From the IMG/VR virus record IMGVR_UViG_3300009703_001822: 64,000 bases of DNA. The stretch is one strand, 5' to 3'. This DNA comes from a virus. Below the pieces are notes generated by a model, which saw only the letters and a list, made by a program, of their open reading frames with translations, was not told where the DNA came from and made no database searches. Position 1 is the first letter of the stretch. Every line of letters begins with the position of its first letter. Made by a program: the position numbers and the translations under genes. Shown here one piece after another: positions 1 through 9,430 of the stretch.

Positions 1-1
1 A

Positions 2-679
2 GCTAACTTTTACTTCTCTGAGGCAGTAGGACTATGGAAAGATGCTAAAATCAGTCATTACAATAATCCTAAACTAAATCTAGGTAAGGATAGTCCACCC
101 GTAGAAGTACCCGACAATCATGTACTATTAATATGGACTGCAATGGAAAATGAATGGAGTCCTGGTTGGAATAGACAACGAGTTATATTTAAAAAACTAC
201 TCGAGGAAGATGTGCCTGTTGTTGTAAAGTACGATCCTCAGTTTATGTTGAAATCTGATGGCACACTAGATCCTGATAAGATGGATAGACATAAAGAGTG
301 GATAGACTTTGTAGAAGGTGATGCTGTTGTACTTACAGGACTTGAATCATTACACGATATATTACCTAAATCTAGATGTGTGATAATGGACGAACATGTT
401 ATTAATCTAGAACCGTTCATGTACAATAAACCTATATTATGTACAGGCAACCCACCTTATAGACACTTTGTTAAACAAATACATCACCCACACCAACTTA
501 TACCAGCAATAAAAGATTTAACTTGGTTTCATAAGGATAGACAATGGAGTGATACACAATTTCCCACGAGCTGGGATTGGTTTCAGTGGTATGTAAGCAA
601 ATATCTATGTAGTGATGTAGAGTCAGTCTCTAGAAGACTTGATGCTCTCCTAGAGTCTAACACTATTCAACATCATTAA
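2..679 (+). CDS. 5'-truncated putative capsule-polysaccharide-type (KpsS/KpsC-like, GT-B) glycosyltransferase
   Basis: Frame is open from base 2 into ORF 143..679. INLEPFMYNKPILCTGNPPY resembles the 'LEA..GKPV...G..Y' C-terminal motif of capsule biosynthesis GT-B proteins. Confidence 0.4.
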   Translation, partial: ANFYFSEAVGLWKDAKISHYNNPKLNLGKDSPPVEVPDNHVLLIWTAMENEWSPGWNRQRVIFKKLLEEDVPVVVKYDPQFMLKSDGTLDPDKMDRHKEWIDFVEGDAVVLTGLESLHDILPKSRCVIMDEHVINLEPFMYNKPILCTGNPPYRHFVKQIHHPHQLIPAIKDLTWFHKDRQWSDTQFPTSWDWFQWYVSKYLCSDVESVSRRLDALLESNTIQHH

Positions 680-1094
680 GTGGATTTTCAAGTATAGTTT
701 GGATCTTTTCTTCTAACTCATCTTTATTCTTTCTAATGTCAGCATCCATTTCTCTAAAACGCTTCTGCATTTCTCTTTCCATCTCATAGACATCGTTACG
801 GATTTGCCTCTGTGTCTCAGCAGTAGTAGCATCTACTTTACGAGCCAAGTCTGCTGCGTTTGAGATCTCTCCTTGTAAGTTATCCTTAATAACATCAGTT
901 AGTTCAGTTAGTCTTACTATTTCGTTTTCTATGGTTGCTGGATTAAGCGCTTGTAGCTTCTGTTCTGCTATCAATAGACGATTATAGAGTTCAAAACCTC
1001 CCCAAAGGCCTCCTATTAGAGTACCTAGTAAAGGAAGTATTAGTAGGAGTTTACTTCCGCCTACTTTAATGCCCTTATATTCTACTTCTGCCAT
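663..1094 (-). CDS. membrane-anchored coiled-coil protein
   Basis: N-terminal hydrophobic helix (LLLILPLLGTLIGGLWGG) followed by charged helical heptads. SD AAGGAG upstream. Confidence 0.7.
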   Translation of the reverse strand: MAEVEYKGIKVGGSKLLLILPLLGTLIGGLWGGFELYNRLLIAEQKLQALNPATIENEIVRLTELTDVIKDNLQGEISNAADLARKVDATTAETQRQIRNDVYEMEREMQKRFREMDADIRKNKDELEEKIQTILENPLNDVE

Positions 1095-1097
1095 ATC

Positions 1098-3773
1098 TTA
1101 CTCCTTATATTGTGATAATATCATTTCTTGCATTTTTAAGTCTGATTTACCTGCCATCATATACATGCTATATTTGTTGTCGTCAATTTTGGCATTGGTA
1201 TATAATGCTTTTACTTGATACCAATCTGGTTGATCTGTTAATTGTTCCATTCCTGTATAAGCACTAAAACCTGCTTTGTAACCTATTACAGCAACAGCTA
1301 TTGTTTGGTTAGGTGTTTCTCCATCTTCACCTTGTTCTAATTGTGCTTGTAAATTTTCCATTGCTGCCTCTTCACCTAGTCTTTCTGCTAGATTCTCTAC
1401 AGCTTTTGTTGTTCTTTGTTCTGATACTGTTGGAGGTGCTACATCAAACTTAGCAAAGTTAGGAACTTCATTACTTAGAAACTGTCCTATACTTTGTCCT
1501 GTACCAATAGCATCGTTAAATGTATTCTCAAACTCTGCACTACTCCCTCCAAAAGAGTCACCACCTGCCTCGAATGTAAACTCCGATTGTGCTACTTGTT
1601 GATCTTGTTGTTGTTCTGCTACTTCAAAAGCGCTAACTGCAGGACCACCAACATCTGTTTGTCCTACATCTATACTTACTTGTCCTGTTGCTTGTTCTTG
1701 TTGATCTAATTGGAAACTATCTCCTGATGTATCACTACTTACAAGAGTTCCTGTACTACCTTGACTACCACCGTTATATGTAACACCTGAAGAACCTGAA
1801 CTACTAGAGCCACTACCACTAGATACTTGCTGACTTACAACTGCTGCTGCCTCTTTACCTAGTTCGTTTCTTAGTTTAGCAATAACTCTACTAGCACGAG
1901 AAGGTTTTCTTTGTTCTGGTTCTGAAGCTTCTACTTCATCAGGTGTTATTTCATCTACTTCTCTATCTAACTCTATTTCTTCCTCTTCTATCATTTCCTC
2001 TTCTTCAAATAACTCCTCAGGCTCCTCATTAAGTAGTTCTTCTAATTCTTCTGTGTCTATTAGTTCCTCGAACGCTTCATCGTCGATTAGTTCTTCTAAT
2101 ACTTCTAAATTTATCTCTTCTTCAAATATCTCTTCCATTTCCTCAACAAACTCTTCTAAATCTTCTCGCTCATAGTCTTCTAATGCTTCTATAAAGTCTT
2201 CTTCACTAAACTCTTCTATAAACTCATCTACTGGCATCCATTCTTCTTCACGCATTATTTCTAATCCACCTTCTTCTTCAAGAATGAATATTTCTTCCAT
2301 TGCAAATATTTCTTCTTCCATCATATACTGTTCTTCTTCACGCATCATCTCTTCTAGATCATATTGTTCCATGTTAGCATCTAGTGCTACAAGAAATGCC
2401 TCTTCTGAACCTGGTTCTGAGAAATCTAAAAATCCACCTTCATCAAACTCTGGATCTGCTCCATACCACTCATCTACTTGCTCTTGTCCAAACTGTTCTA
2501 CATCTAGTGCGTACCAATCGGCATCTGAAAAGTTCTCACAAGCGTTTTGATAACAAGGATCATTAGGATCTAAGTATTCATCATATTCTGCATCATACCA
2601 CATATCGTCTTGACTCCATGTGTCTCCGTTATCATCATAACCATACATGGCGTCTTCGTCTTGTCCATATTCGTCGAATCCATCATCATAACCATACATA
2701 TCTCCTTGGCTATCTGTGTTCATCATATCTTCTAATGATTCTTGATATGCTAACTCCTCAAAGTAACCATCACATTGTCTATCATACAAAGGATCTCGTT
2801 GACACTCTAATAAGAAAGTAGCTGCTGCGTATCCTGTACAGTTCTCACTATACAATGGATCTAAGCCACATTGTTGAGTTTCATAAGCTGCTGCGTATCC
2901 TGTACATTGATTATTGTATAAAGGATCAAGTCCACATTGTTGCGTAAAGTATGCATCTGCATAACCCGAACACTCTGTACTATACAAAGGATCTGCTGCA
3001 CAATGTTGAGCTAGTGTAAGGCCTTCACTATACAATGAACCTCCGTTTTCTATATCAGGTCCACCATAGCCTGCTAGGAATAGATCTAAGTTACCATAAT
3101 CTTGTCCATCATTATAGAATAGATATGTTTTCTTTTCACTACTAGAACCTTGCTCACCTATTAATACATCGTGATTACTAATATCTAGTTCTCTATATCT
3201 AAATTCGTATGTATCGTTGTGATATAATATAGCCTCGAAACTATTACTAGAACTTCTATTATATTCTTTCATGTAATACCAACCAAAGACTACATAGTCA
3301 TCAAAGGCTTTAAATAACATTTTAGATGTACACCAGGTATTATTACAATGAGAACCACTTTTGTTTGACTGACCTCTAATTAAATCTGTCCAGAAAGGAT
3401 ATAGTGTATAGTTTCTATATGGTAATGCTTGTGGTGTGTAGTCTTGGCAGTTAGCAGAATTTTTACCATCGCTTCTACCTGAGAAGTTTACACAACCGTT
3501 GGTAGACATTCTTGCTTGACTCCAATTATATCCCCAACGATCAAATGTAAATCCTAAGTTTACTTTGGCAGACATTGAATCATCATTTGAATTTAGATTT
3601 GTAGTGCCAGACATATTATATAAGTCTATAAGAGGTTGACTGCCTTCGTAGATATAATTATCTTCGTTAAAGCAGTTTTGGTTGTTGGTGCAATTAGTAT
3701 TAAAGCTATCTGCGAATACAGATGTGCTAAATAATAAACATAAACCTAGTATTAGCTGTTTAATTCTGCCCAT
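1098..3773 (-). CDS. large secreted acidic protein with NIDO-like domain and CxxDPLYxxxCxGY repeats
   Basis: Signal peptide; VNLGFTF...STNGCVNF...LYPFWTDL NIDO-like motif; four Cys repeats; very Glu/Asp-rich middle. Confidence 0.65.
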   Translation of the reverse strand: MGRIKQLILGLCLLFSTSVFADSFNTNCTNNQNCFNEDNYIYEGSQPLIDLYNMSGTTNLNSNDDSMSAKVNLGFTFDRWGYNWSQARMSTNGCVNFSGRSDGKNSANCQDYTPQALPYRNYTLYPFWTDLIRGQSNKSGSHCNNTWCTSKMLFKAFDDYVVFGWYYMKEYNRSSSNSFEAILYHNDTYEFRYRELDISNHDVLIGEQGSSSEKKTYLFYNDGQDYGNLDLFLAGYGGPDIENGGSLYSEGLTLAQHCAADPLYSTECSGYADAYFTQQCGLDPLYNNQCTGYAAAYETQQCGLDPLYSENCTGYAAATFLLECQRDPLYDRQCDGYFEELAYQESLEDMMNTDSQGDMYGYDDGFDEYGQDEDAMYGYDDNGDTWSQDDMWYDAEYDEYLDPNDPCYQNACENFSDADWYALDVEQFGQEQVDEWYGADPEFDEGGFLDFSEPGSEEAFLVALDANMEQYDLEEMMREEEQYMMEEEIFAMEEIFILEEEGGLEIMREEEWMPVDEFIEEFSEEDFIEALEDYEREDLEEFVEEMEEIFEEEINLEVLEELIDDEAFEELIDTEELEELLNEEPEELFEEEEMIEEEEIELDREVDEITPDEVEASEPEQRKPSRASRVIAKLRNELGKEAAAVVSQQVSSGSGSSSSGSSGVTYNGGSQGSTGTLVSSDTSGDSFQLDQQEQATGQVSIDVGQTDVGGPAVSAFEVAEQQQDQQVAQSEFTFEAGGDSFGGSSAEFENTFNDAIGTGQSIGQFLSNEVPNFAKFDVAPPTVSEQRTTKAVENLAERLGEEAAMENLQAQLEQGEDGETPNQTIAVAVIGYKAGFSAYTGMEQLTDQPDWYQVKALYTNAKIDDNKYSMYMMAGKSDLKMQEMILSQYKE
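2760..3010 (-). repeat. 4 tandem CxxDPLYxxxCxGY peptide repeats (22-aa period)
   Basis: CAADPLYSTECSGY / CGLDPLYNNQCTGY / CGLDPLYSENCTGY / CQRDPLYDRQCDGY. DNA repeat gctgctgcgtatcctgtaca occurs twice. Confidence 0.85.
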
Positions 3774-5017
3774 TCGTTCCTACAAGTCCTACCTGATTTG
3801 TGTACGCCTTTATGTTTGCCGTCTAAGTGCTTTGTCTTTTTACAGGCTTTGATAAAAGCGTCTATTTCATTTTGTTTAGCTCTCTCAACTTCCCTTTCTT
3901 CTGCTACTATAAGGGCTTGTCGATTTTCCATTTTCTTTTTGTAGTCATCGTAGTCTGGTCTTTCCTGTGAATGTGCGTCCCACTCTAGAGCTGCCTCTTG
4001 TCCAATTTTACCTTCGAACGGACAAGGTGTTCCTGCCATTTCCATCGCTGCAAATACTCTAGCATCTTGACACATTAAGGATACAGCTGCTACTTTCATT
4101 CCCATATCATATACAGTTTTAGAAAGTTTAATCCTTTCACAGTTTTCATCTCTAACAGACTTACCAGCTGCTACACCAAATAATTGTGTTTGTACTGCTC
4201 CACTAACACCTGTGGTACATAGATCTTGTGAGAAACTTGCTCCAATACTAGGTGCTATGGCACTAGGAGGAGGGCTTTTAATCTCTTGTTTAATAGTTTG
4301 ATCTGTCTTGTTAATATTTTCATTTCTATTATTGTTCTCATTCTTGTTCGTGTTATTTGTTGTAACATTAGAATCACTTGTACTTTCGTTCTTATTAACA
4401 TTCGTGTTATTAGATGTTGAATTATTATTGTTATTATTAGTGTTCGTATTATTAGAATTACTATTAACAGTTTGATTAACAGTTGAATTATTTGTGTTCG
4501 TATTATTAGCAGTACTATTTACCGTGCTATTATTGGTATTCGTGTTGTTGTTAGTATTCGTTGAATTACCAGTATAATTCGTGGTGTTGTTATTCGTATT
4601 ATTATTGGTATTGGTTGAAGTACCTGTGTAATTCGTGGTGTTATTGTTATTATTAGTATTCGTTGAAGTACCTGTGTAAACCGTGGTGTTGTTATTGGTG
4701 TTCGTATTGTTGTTCGTATTCGTATTCGTCGCTGTAGAAGTGTTCGTGTTCACATTCGTATTTGCGTTGGTGTTCGTATTCGTTGAAGTGTTGGTGTTCG
4801 TCGAAGTGTTCGTATTCGTGTTCGTGTTCGTGTTGGTATTCGTGTTCGTGTTCGTATTCGTTCCTGTGGTTGTAGTCGTGGTACTTACAGATTCACAAAA
4901 CTCTGTGCCTTGTGTACAGTTACCTGTTTGATCTGCATGTGCAGGAGTCGATAAGCCTAAAGCTCCAAACATAACAAATAGAGCCATATATTTTTTGTTC
5001 ATTGATGTTTTCCTCAA
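3752..5017 (-). CDS. secreted Asn/Thr-rich protein with Cys-containing C-terminal domain
   Basis: Signal peptide (AHA|D), about 190-aa (NT)n low-complexity tract, C-terminal PPPSAIAPS..DLC..NCERIKL..MCQD..GTPCP domain. Confidence 0.75.
   Translation of the reverse strand: MRKTSMNKKYMALFVMFGALGLSTPAHADQTGNCTQGTEFCESVSTTTTTTGTNTNTNTNTNTNTNTNTNTSTNTNTSTNTNTNANTNVNTNTSTATNTNTNNNTNTNNNTTVYTGTSTNTNNNNNTTNYTGTSTNTNNNTNNNTTNYTGNSTNTNNNTNTNNSTVNSTANNTNTNNSTVNQTVNSNSNNTNTNNNNNNSTSNNTNVNKNESTSDSNVTTNNTNKNENNNRNENINKTDQTIKQEIKSPPPSAIAPSIGASFSQDLCTTGVSGAVQTQLFGVAAGKSVRDENCERIKLSKTVYDMGMKVAAVSLMCQDARVFAAMEMAGTPCPFEGKIGQEAALEWDAHSQERPDYDDYKKKMENRQALIVAEEREVERAKQNEIDAFIKACKKTKHLDGKHKGVHKSGRTCRNEWAELNS
4300..4880 (-). 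repeat. coding hexamer microsatellite-like tract encoding (Asn-Thr)n
   Basis: gtgttc/gtattc units repeated on the + strand. Confidence 0.85.
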
Positions 5018-5075
5018 ATAAATGTCAACTCAAACAAAAAATAATTTAATCATAACCTCGGTTAGTGTTCCTACT

Positions 5076-5083
5076 TATTTATA
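5076..5083 (-). promoter_or_regulatory. T4-type late promoter TATAAATA driving the secreted-protein operon
   Basis: TATTTATA on + strand, upstream of the 5017 start. Confidence 0.65.
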
Positions 5084-5180
5084 AGATCTGGTCCTTCATT
5101 ATACCAGATAGTTATACAATATACACCTAGGTATTATAAATCACTATGTGATGGATATTAAGGGCTACTCTATAAGCGCT

Positions 5181-5188
5181 TATAAATA
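5181..5188 (+). promoter_or_regulatory. T4-type late promoter TATAAATA driving the desaturase/radical SAM operon
   Basis: Exact consensus 23 nt before the 5212 start; overlaps palindrome TATAAGCGCTTATA (5171-5184). Confidence 0.7.
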
Positions 5189-5211
5189 TCAGATATAGTA
5201 GGAACAGATGA

Positions 5212-5517
5212 GTGAAAGCGAGATTAGCATTGACCTTCTTTCTTATGGTGGTATTTTTCTGGAGTTGGCCGGTTCGCCTCTTCACTAAAAAGAACAACTG
5301 CTATTTTTGGACATTAGAAAACTTAATTACAAAAGGCGGTCGTGCTAAGTGGTATCCAAGCAAAAGATGGGCTGGGTATCATGTTATTTGGATATCCCCT
5401 GAGGGAGAAGCATACGAGTACACAATTCCCCGTATGAGGAGGGACACACCTTGGTATAAAATGCTGTTTTATGATGGTTCTGTTCGTAAATTTAGAACAA
5501 CTAGAAAAGATCAATGA
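5212..5517 (+). CDS. small membrane-anchored hypothetical protein
   Basis: GTG start with AGGA SD, N-terminal hydrophobic segment, ATGA overlap with the next gene. Confidence 0.6.
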   Translation: MKARLALTFFLMVVFFWSWPVRLFTKKNNCYFWTLENLITKGGRAKWYPSKRWAGYHVIWISPEGEAYEYTIPRMRRDTPWYKMLFYDGSVRKFRTTRKDQ

Positions 5518-6254
5518 GACAAGCGGTATTAAAACAAAATAAGTCCTGGGCGCCCATCACATTACTGGCAGGACAGCTTATTGCCCAGGCAACCGCACTA
5601 CTTTCCTTATTCTTATATAATTGGACACCGGCAACCATTGCCATATCCTTATTTGTTTATTGTAGTATCATGTTAGGTATTACAATGGGTTATCATAGAT
5701 ATTACTCTCACAAACAATTTGAGTGTCCTAAGTGGATTGAATACTATCTATTATTCTTTGCACACATAGCAATGTTTGGACCTGCAATAACATGGGTAGC
5801 CAATCATAGAGAACATCACAAGTATGCAGACACATCTAAAGACCCTCATAGTCCTCATTATAGAGGCTGGTTAATGGCATACGCAGGTCAAGTACTTATA
5901 GATATAGATTTTAAACTTGTTAGAGACTTACTAAAACAAAAGTTACACAGAAACCAAGTTAAATATTATTGGCATGTTATATTAATATATGCAGCTGTAT
6001 TATTTAGCATAAGTCCAGAAGCATTACTATATGCTTGGTTAATACCAGCAGGATTTGCTAAACTTATAGGTTCTTTAGTGTTTACTTTCTCACATAGAGG
6101 CAAGAAAGCTAATAGTGATACATGGGTAGGGCTTATAACATTAGGTGAAGGGTTCCACGATTTACATCATAAGAATGTCAGAGTAGTATTGTGGCATCCT
6201 TTAGATTTAGGTGGACAGCTTATTAGAATGATAGATCGGAATGTTAAAATATAA
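5514..6254 (+). CDS. membrane fatty-acid (delta-9-like) desaturase
   Basis: Three His boxes (GYHRYYSH, HREHH, GEGFHDLHH), DPHSP motif and TM helices. Confidence 0.9.
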   Translation: MRQAVLKQNKSWAPITLLAGQLIAQATALLSLFLYNWTPATIAISLFVYCSIMLGITMGYHRYYSHKQFECPKWIEYYLLFFAHIAMFGPAITWVANHREHHKYADTSKDPHSPHYRGWLMAYAGQVLIDIDFKLVRDLLKQKLHRNQVKYYWHVILIYAAVLFSISPEALLYAWLIPAGFAKLIGSLVFTFSHRGKKANSDTWVGLITLGEGFHDLHHKNVRVVLWHPLDLGGQLIRMIDRNVKI

Positions 6255-6912
6255 TAAAAGGCACTATCCAGCAATAGCAGAAATAGATATAGACTTAGAT
6301 TACACATTAATCGAAGACTACTTATGGGAAAACTATGATAGGTGGCAAAACAACTTTGAAGCGCATAAAGGGCTTGCTGTGGCTTCTAATAATATTGCTA
6401 GCGATACTTACAAGGCAGTCCAACACTTTCATCTAACAGAATGTAGAAAAGAAGAACAGTTAGATGAGGCAGAACAATATTCTACAAAAGACAAACTTCG
6501 TAGAAACATACCCTTTACAATGGACGAACATAATTGGGACGAACCTGTAGACTTTTACAAAAATTCTAAACTACAATCACATTTAAACTCTGCCTTTCAG
6601 GATAAACTAATACGAGTTAGATATTCTCGTATGTTTCCAGGAGGTGTAGTTCCTAAGCATATTGACTACAATACAACTTATGCCATGAGATTTATTATTC
6701 CTATATCAGGCAACAAAGGTGTTACAAATACCTTTTGGTATAATGGAGAAGAAATAAAGGTTGAAATGAAGGAGAAAAGATGTTATTTTCTTAATATAGG
6801 TTATCCGCATATGGTAGAACATAATGGTATGGGGATACGACATTATTTAATGGGGAGCGTTGCAGGACAACGAGATTTTGAATGTATAAGATATATAACA
6901 GAAAAGAATTAG
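6241..6912 (+). CDS. 2OG-Fe(II) oxygenase, Asp/Asn beta-hydroxylase-like
   Basis: RVRYSRMFPGGVVPKHID...RFIIPI...YFLNIGYPHMVEH..R.YL (HxD...H DSBH). Confidence 0.75.
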   Translation: MLKYNKRHYPAIAEIDIDLDYTLIEDYLWENYDRWQNNFEAHKGLAVASNNIASDTYKAVQHFHLTECRKEEQLDEAEQYSTKDKLRRNIPFTMDEHNWDEPVDFYKNSKLQSHLNSAFQDKLIRVRYSRMFPGGVVPKHIDYNTTYAMRFIIPISGNKGVTNTFWYNGEEIKVEMKEKRCYFLNIGYPHMVEHNGMGIRHYLMGSVAGQRDFECIRYITEKN

Positions 6913-7466
6913 AATCAAGAGGCATTCTAGGCGTCATAGATATAATTATTAATCAGGCACACGAAGAAGGCAACGGCGAGGCCTTTAAAAATAAATATCA
7001 TCCTTATAGATCTCCTGGAGAAACATTTGTGGCACTATGGGAAGGCAGACCTGCAGGTATGATATCAGCAGAACCTTCAACTTATACAAACGATCCAGAC
7101 ATAGCAATACGAGCATGTCGTTTACATGTACTAAAACCTTATAGAACAAAACAAATAGGATTCCATTTATACGATCATTGTTATCATTATGCAAAAGACA
7201 ATGGTTACAAAGTATGTTATATAACACACGATGTTAAAGGTAGAGCAATGAATGCTATATATCAACATCAAAAGAAGTCTTTGTTCGCAGGAAGTAGTAA
7301 AGACCCTTACGAATTGGAATCATGGAAAAATTTAGAATGGAATCAGGAGTATCTATTTCAAGTAGATCTTAAAGCAGAATTCTATCAAAACATTTATCAA
7401 ACAATATTAGAAGAAGGATATCATTGGATACCAACATCTAATGTAATACCTAAAGATGAAATTTAA
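6882..7466 (+). CDS. GNAT-family acetyltransferase
   Basis: RLHVLKPYRTKQIGFHL acetyl-CoA motif A. Confidence 0.75.
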   Translation: MYKIYNRKELESRGILGVIDIIINQAHEEGNGEAFKNKYHPYRSPGETFVALWEGRPAGMISAEPSTYTNDPDIAIRACRLHVLKPYRTKQIGFHLYDHCYHYAKDNGYKVCYITHDVKGRAMNAIYQHQKKSLFAGSSKDPYELESWKNLEWNQEYLFQVDLKAEFYQNIYQTILEEGYHWIPTSNVIPKDEI

Positions 7467-8064
7467 CGAAGAACAATTAATAGACTGGACACAGGGTATT
7501 AGAGAACACCCTGATATGTTAAATGCTTTTTGGCCTAGTCAGATTAAATCTAAAATATGGTTATCTGATTGGGTAAAAAGTTATTTGCCTAGTGCAAAGA
7601 AAATAATTATATTTGGCTCTTGGTATGGTGTGTTAGCAGATATATTAACACTACGATTAAAAGATACTAATATATTATGTAATGATATAGACAAAGAAGC
7701 AATATCCTGGTGTATGCGAAAGTATCACACCGATACAACTAGAATGGAAGAATTTGTCTACGAAACCCGTGTTGATCTTGTAATAAATACTGTAACAGAA
7801 CATTTAACACAGGAACTATATGATAAGTGGTATGAGAAGATTCCAAAAGGAACATACTTCGTCATACAAGGCAACAATGATTTTAAAGAACAAGATCATG
7901 TTAGAGCTTTTAATAATTTAGATGAATTTAATAAATTGAATAAAGTAGAAAATACATTACACACAGGAACCATTTCTTATGAAGGTCCTTGGGATATGGT
8001 AGATAACAAGCCCACTTATTATGAGAGGTATATGACAATAGGGTTTAAGAGTGAATACAACTAA
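7456..8064 (+). CDS. class I SAM-dependent methyltransferase-like protein
   Basis: IIIFGSWYG motif I, CNDID acidic motif II, DLVINT..EH. Confidence 0.7.
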   Translation: MKFNEEQLIDWTQGIREHPDMLNAFWPSQIKSKIWLSDWVKSYLPSAKKIIIFGSWYGVLADILTLRLKDTNILCNDIDKEAISWCMRKYHTDTTRMEEFVYETRVDLVINTVTEHLTQELYDKWYEKIPKGTYFVIQGNNDFKEQDHVRAFNNLDEFNKLNKVENTLHTGTISYEGPWDMVDNKPTYYERYMTIGFKSEYN

Positions 8065-9430
8065 TGAAGATAGAATAAAAGTATTAGAGCTAAAGAGAGA
8101 CAAAATTAATACAATTAGTCCTAGCTTTTGTTCTGCTAAATGGTTACAAACATCATTATATTTACAAAATGGTTTCAATCATTCCTGTCACCATCCGTCA
8201 GCACATAAAATACCTATAGAAGAAATTAAGGCAAACCCTGCTGCACTACACAATTCTAAATATAAAAAACAACAAAGAGCTAAAATGTTAAACGGCGAAA
8301 GGCCGTCTGAATGTGATTATTGTTGGAAAATAGAAGACTTAGATAAAAATTATTTTTCGGATAGGCATTACAAGACAGCAGATTGGTGGGCTTGGGATAG
8401 AGTAGACGAGATAGCAAAAAGTAGTCCTGCCGACGATGTGTTTCCTAGTTATTTAGAAGTTTCATTTTCTAATGCTTGTAACTTTGCTTGTGCTTATTGT
8501 AGTCCAGATATATCCTCTACATGGATGGATGATATAGAAGAACATGGCAGTTATCCTGTACAAAACGGAAATCACGATTTAGAATATTTAAAAAGTGTAG
8601 GAAAGATACCATACAAAAGAAGTGAGGAAAATCCATATATGGATGCTTGGTTTAAATGGATGCCAGAAGTATTACCTCATTTAAAAGTATTTAGAGTTAC
8701 AGGTGGTGAACCTACAATGTCTAAAGATGTGTGGAGAACATTAGATTATATAATGGAAAACCCACAACCTCAATTGCAGTTAGCAATTAACACTAATTTA
8801 GGAACACATACAAAACTTATAGACAAATTAATAGACTATATAAACAAATTAGAAGACAAAGTAGAACGAATAGATGTTTATACAAGTGTTGAGTCTGTAG
8901 GACAAGATGCTAATTATGTAAGAGACGGATTAGATTATGACTATTGGTATATGAATGTCAAGCATGTTTTAGCAAGAACAAATAGTTTAGTAGCAATAAT
9001 GACTACACTTAATATGCTAAGTTTACCTACATTTAATAATTTTATAGATGATATAATGGATTTAAGAATACTATTTAATAAAGGATTAGAAAACAATAGA
9101 ATACCTATAAGCTTAAATTATTTAAGATGGCCTCCTCATTTACAAGCAACATTATTAGATAAAGAAACAAGAGTAGACTATGTAAATAAAATATTGCCTC
9201 ATGGAGAGCAATGGTTGAAGTATTACAGCCCAGATAAATATGCTAGACTGTATTTAGAAGAATGGGATCAGTTAAAGCGCTGGTGTGACTACTTAGTCAC
9301 GGAACCAACGCAAGATAAATTTAGAAAAGATTTTGTAAATTATATAAAAGCGTATGATGTTAGAAGAGATAAAGACTTCACATCTACCTTTCCTGATTTT
9401 GCAAATTTGTTAGAGGATTGGAATGTCTGA
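8051..9430 (+). CDS. N-terminal twitch/SPASM-domain radical SAM protein (1)
   Basis: CNFACAYC, TGGEP; N-terminal C..SCHH..CDYC auxiliary cluster motif. Confidence 0.92.
   Translation: MNTTNEDRIKVLELKRDKINTISPSFCSAKWLQTSLYLQNGFNHSCHHPSAHKIPIEEIKANPAALHNSKYKKQQRAKMLNGERPSECDYCWKIEDLDKNYFSDRHYKTADWWAWDRVDEIAKSSPADDVFPSYLEVSFSNACNFACAYCSPDISSTWMDDIEEHGSYPVQNGNHDLEYLKSVGKIPYKRSEENPYMDAWFKWMPEVLPHLKVFRVTGGEPTMSKDVWRTLDYIMENPQPQLQLAINTNLGTHTKLIDKLIDYINKLEDKVERIDVYTSVESVGQDANYVRDGLDYDYWYMNVKHVLARTNSLVAIMTTLNMLSLPTFNNFIDDIMDLRILFNKGLENNRIPISLNYLRWPPHLQATLLDKETRVDYVNKILPHGEQWLKYYSPDKYARLYLEEWDQLKRWCDYLVTEPTQDKFRKDFVNYIKAYDVRRDKDFTSTFPDFANLLEDWNV

Noticed and set aside
4300-4880. Short tandem DNA repeats resembling an array or CRISPR
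   Set aside because: There are no unique spacers; the repeats are fully explained by Asn-Thr codons. The antisense (VF)n ORF 4683..4931 is a shadow.
5212-5517. First ORF of the radical SAM operon as a RiPP precursor
   Set aside because: It looks like a TM-anchored folded protein with no leader/core organisation or repeated core motif.
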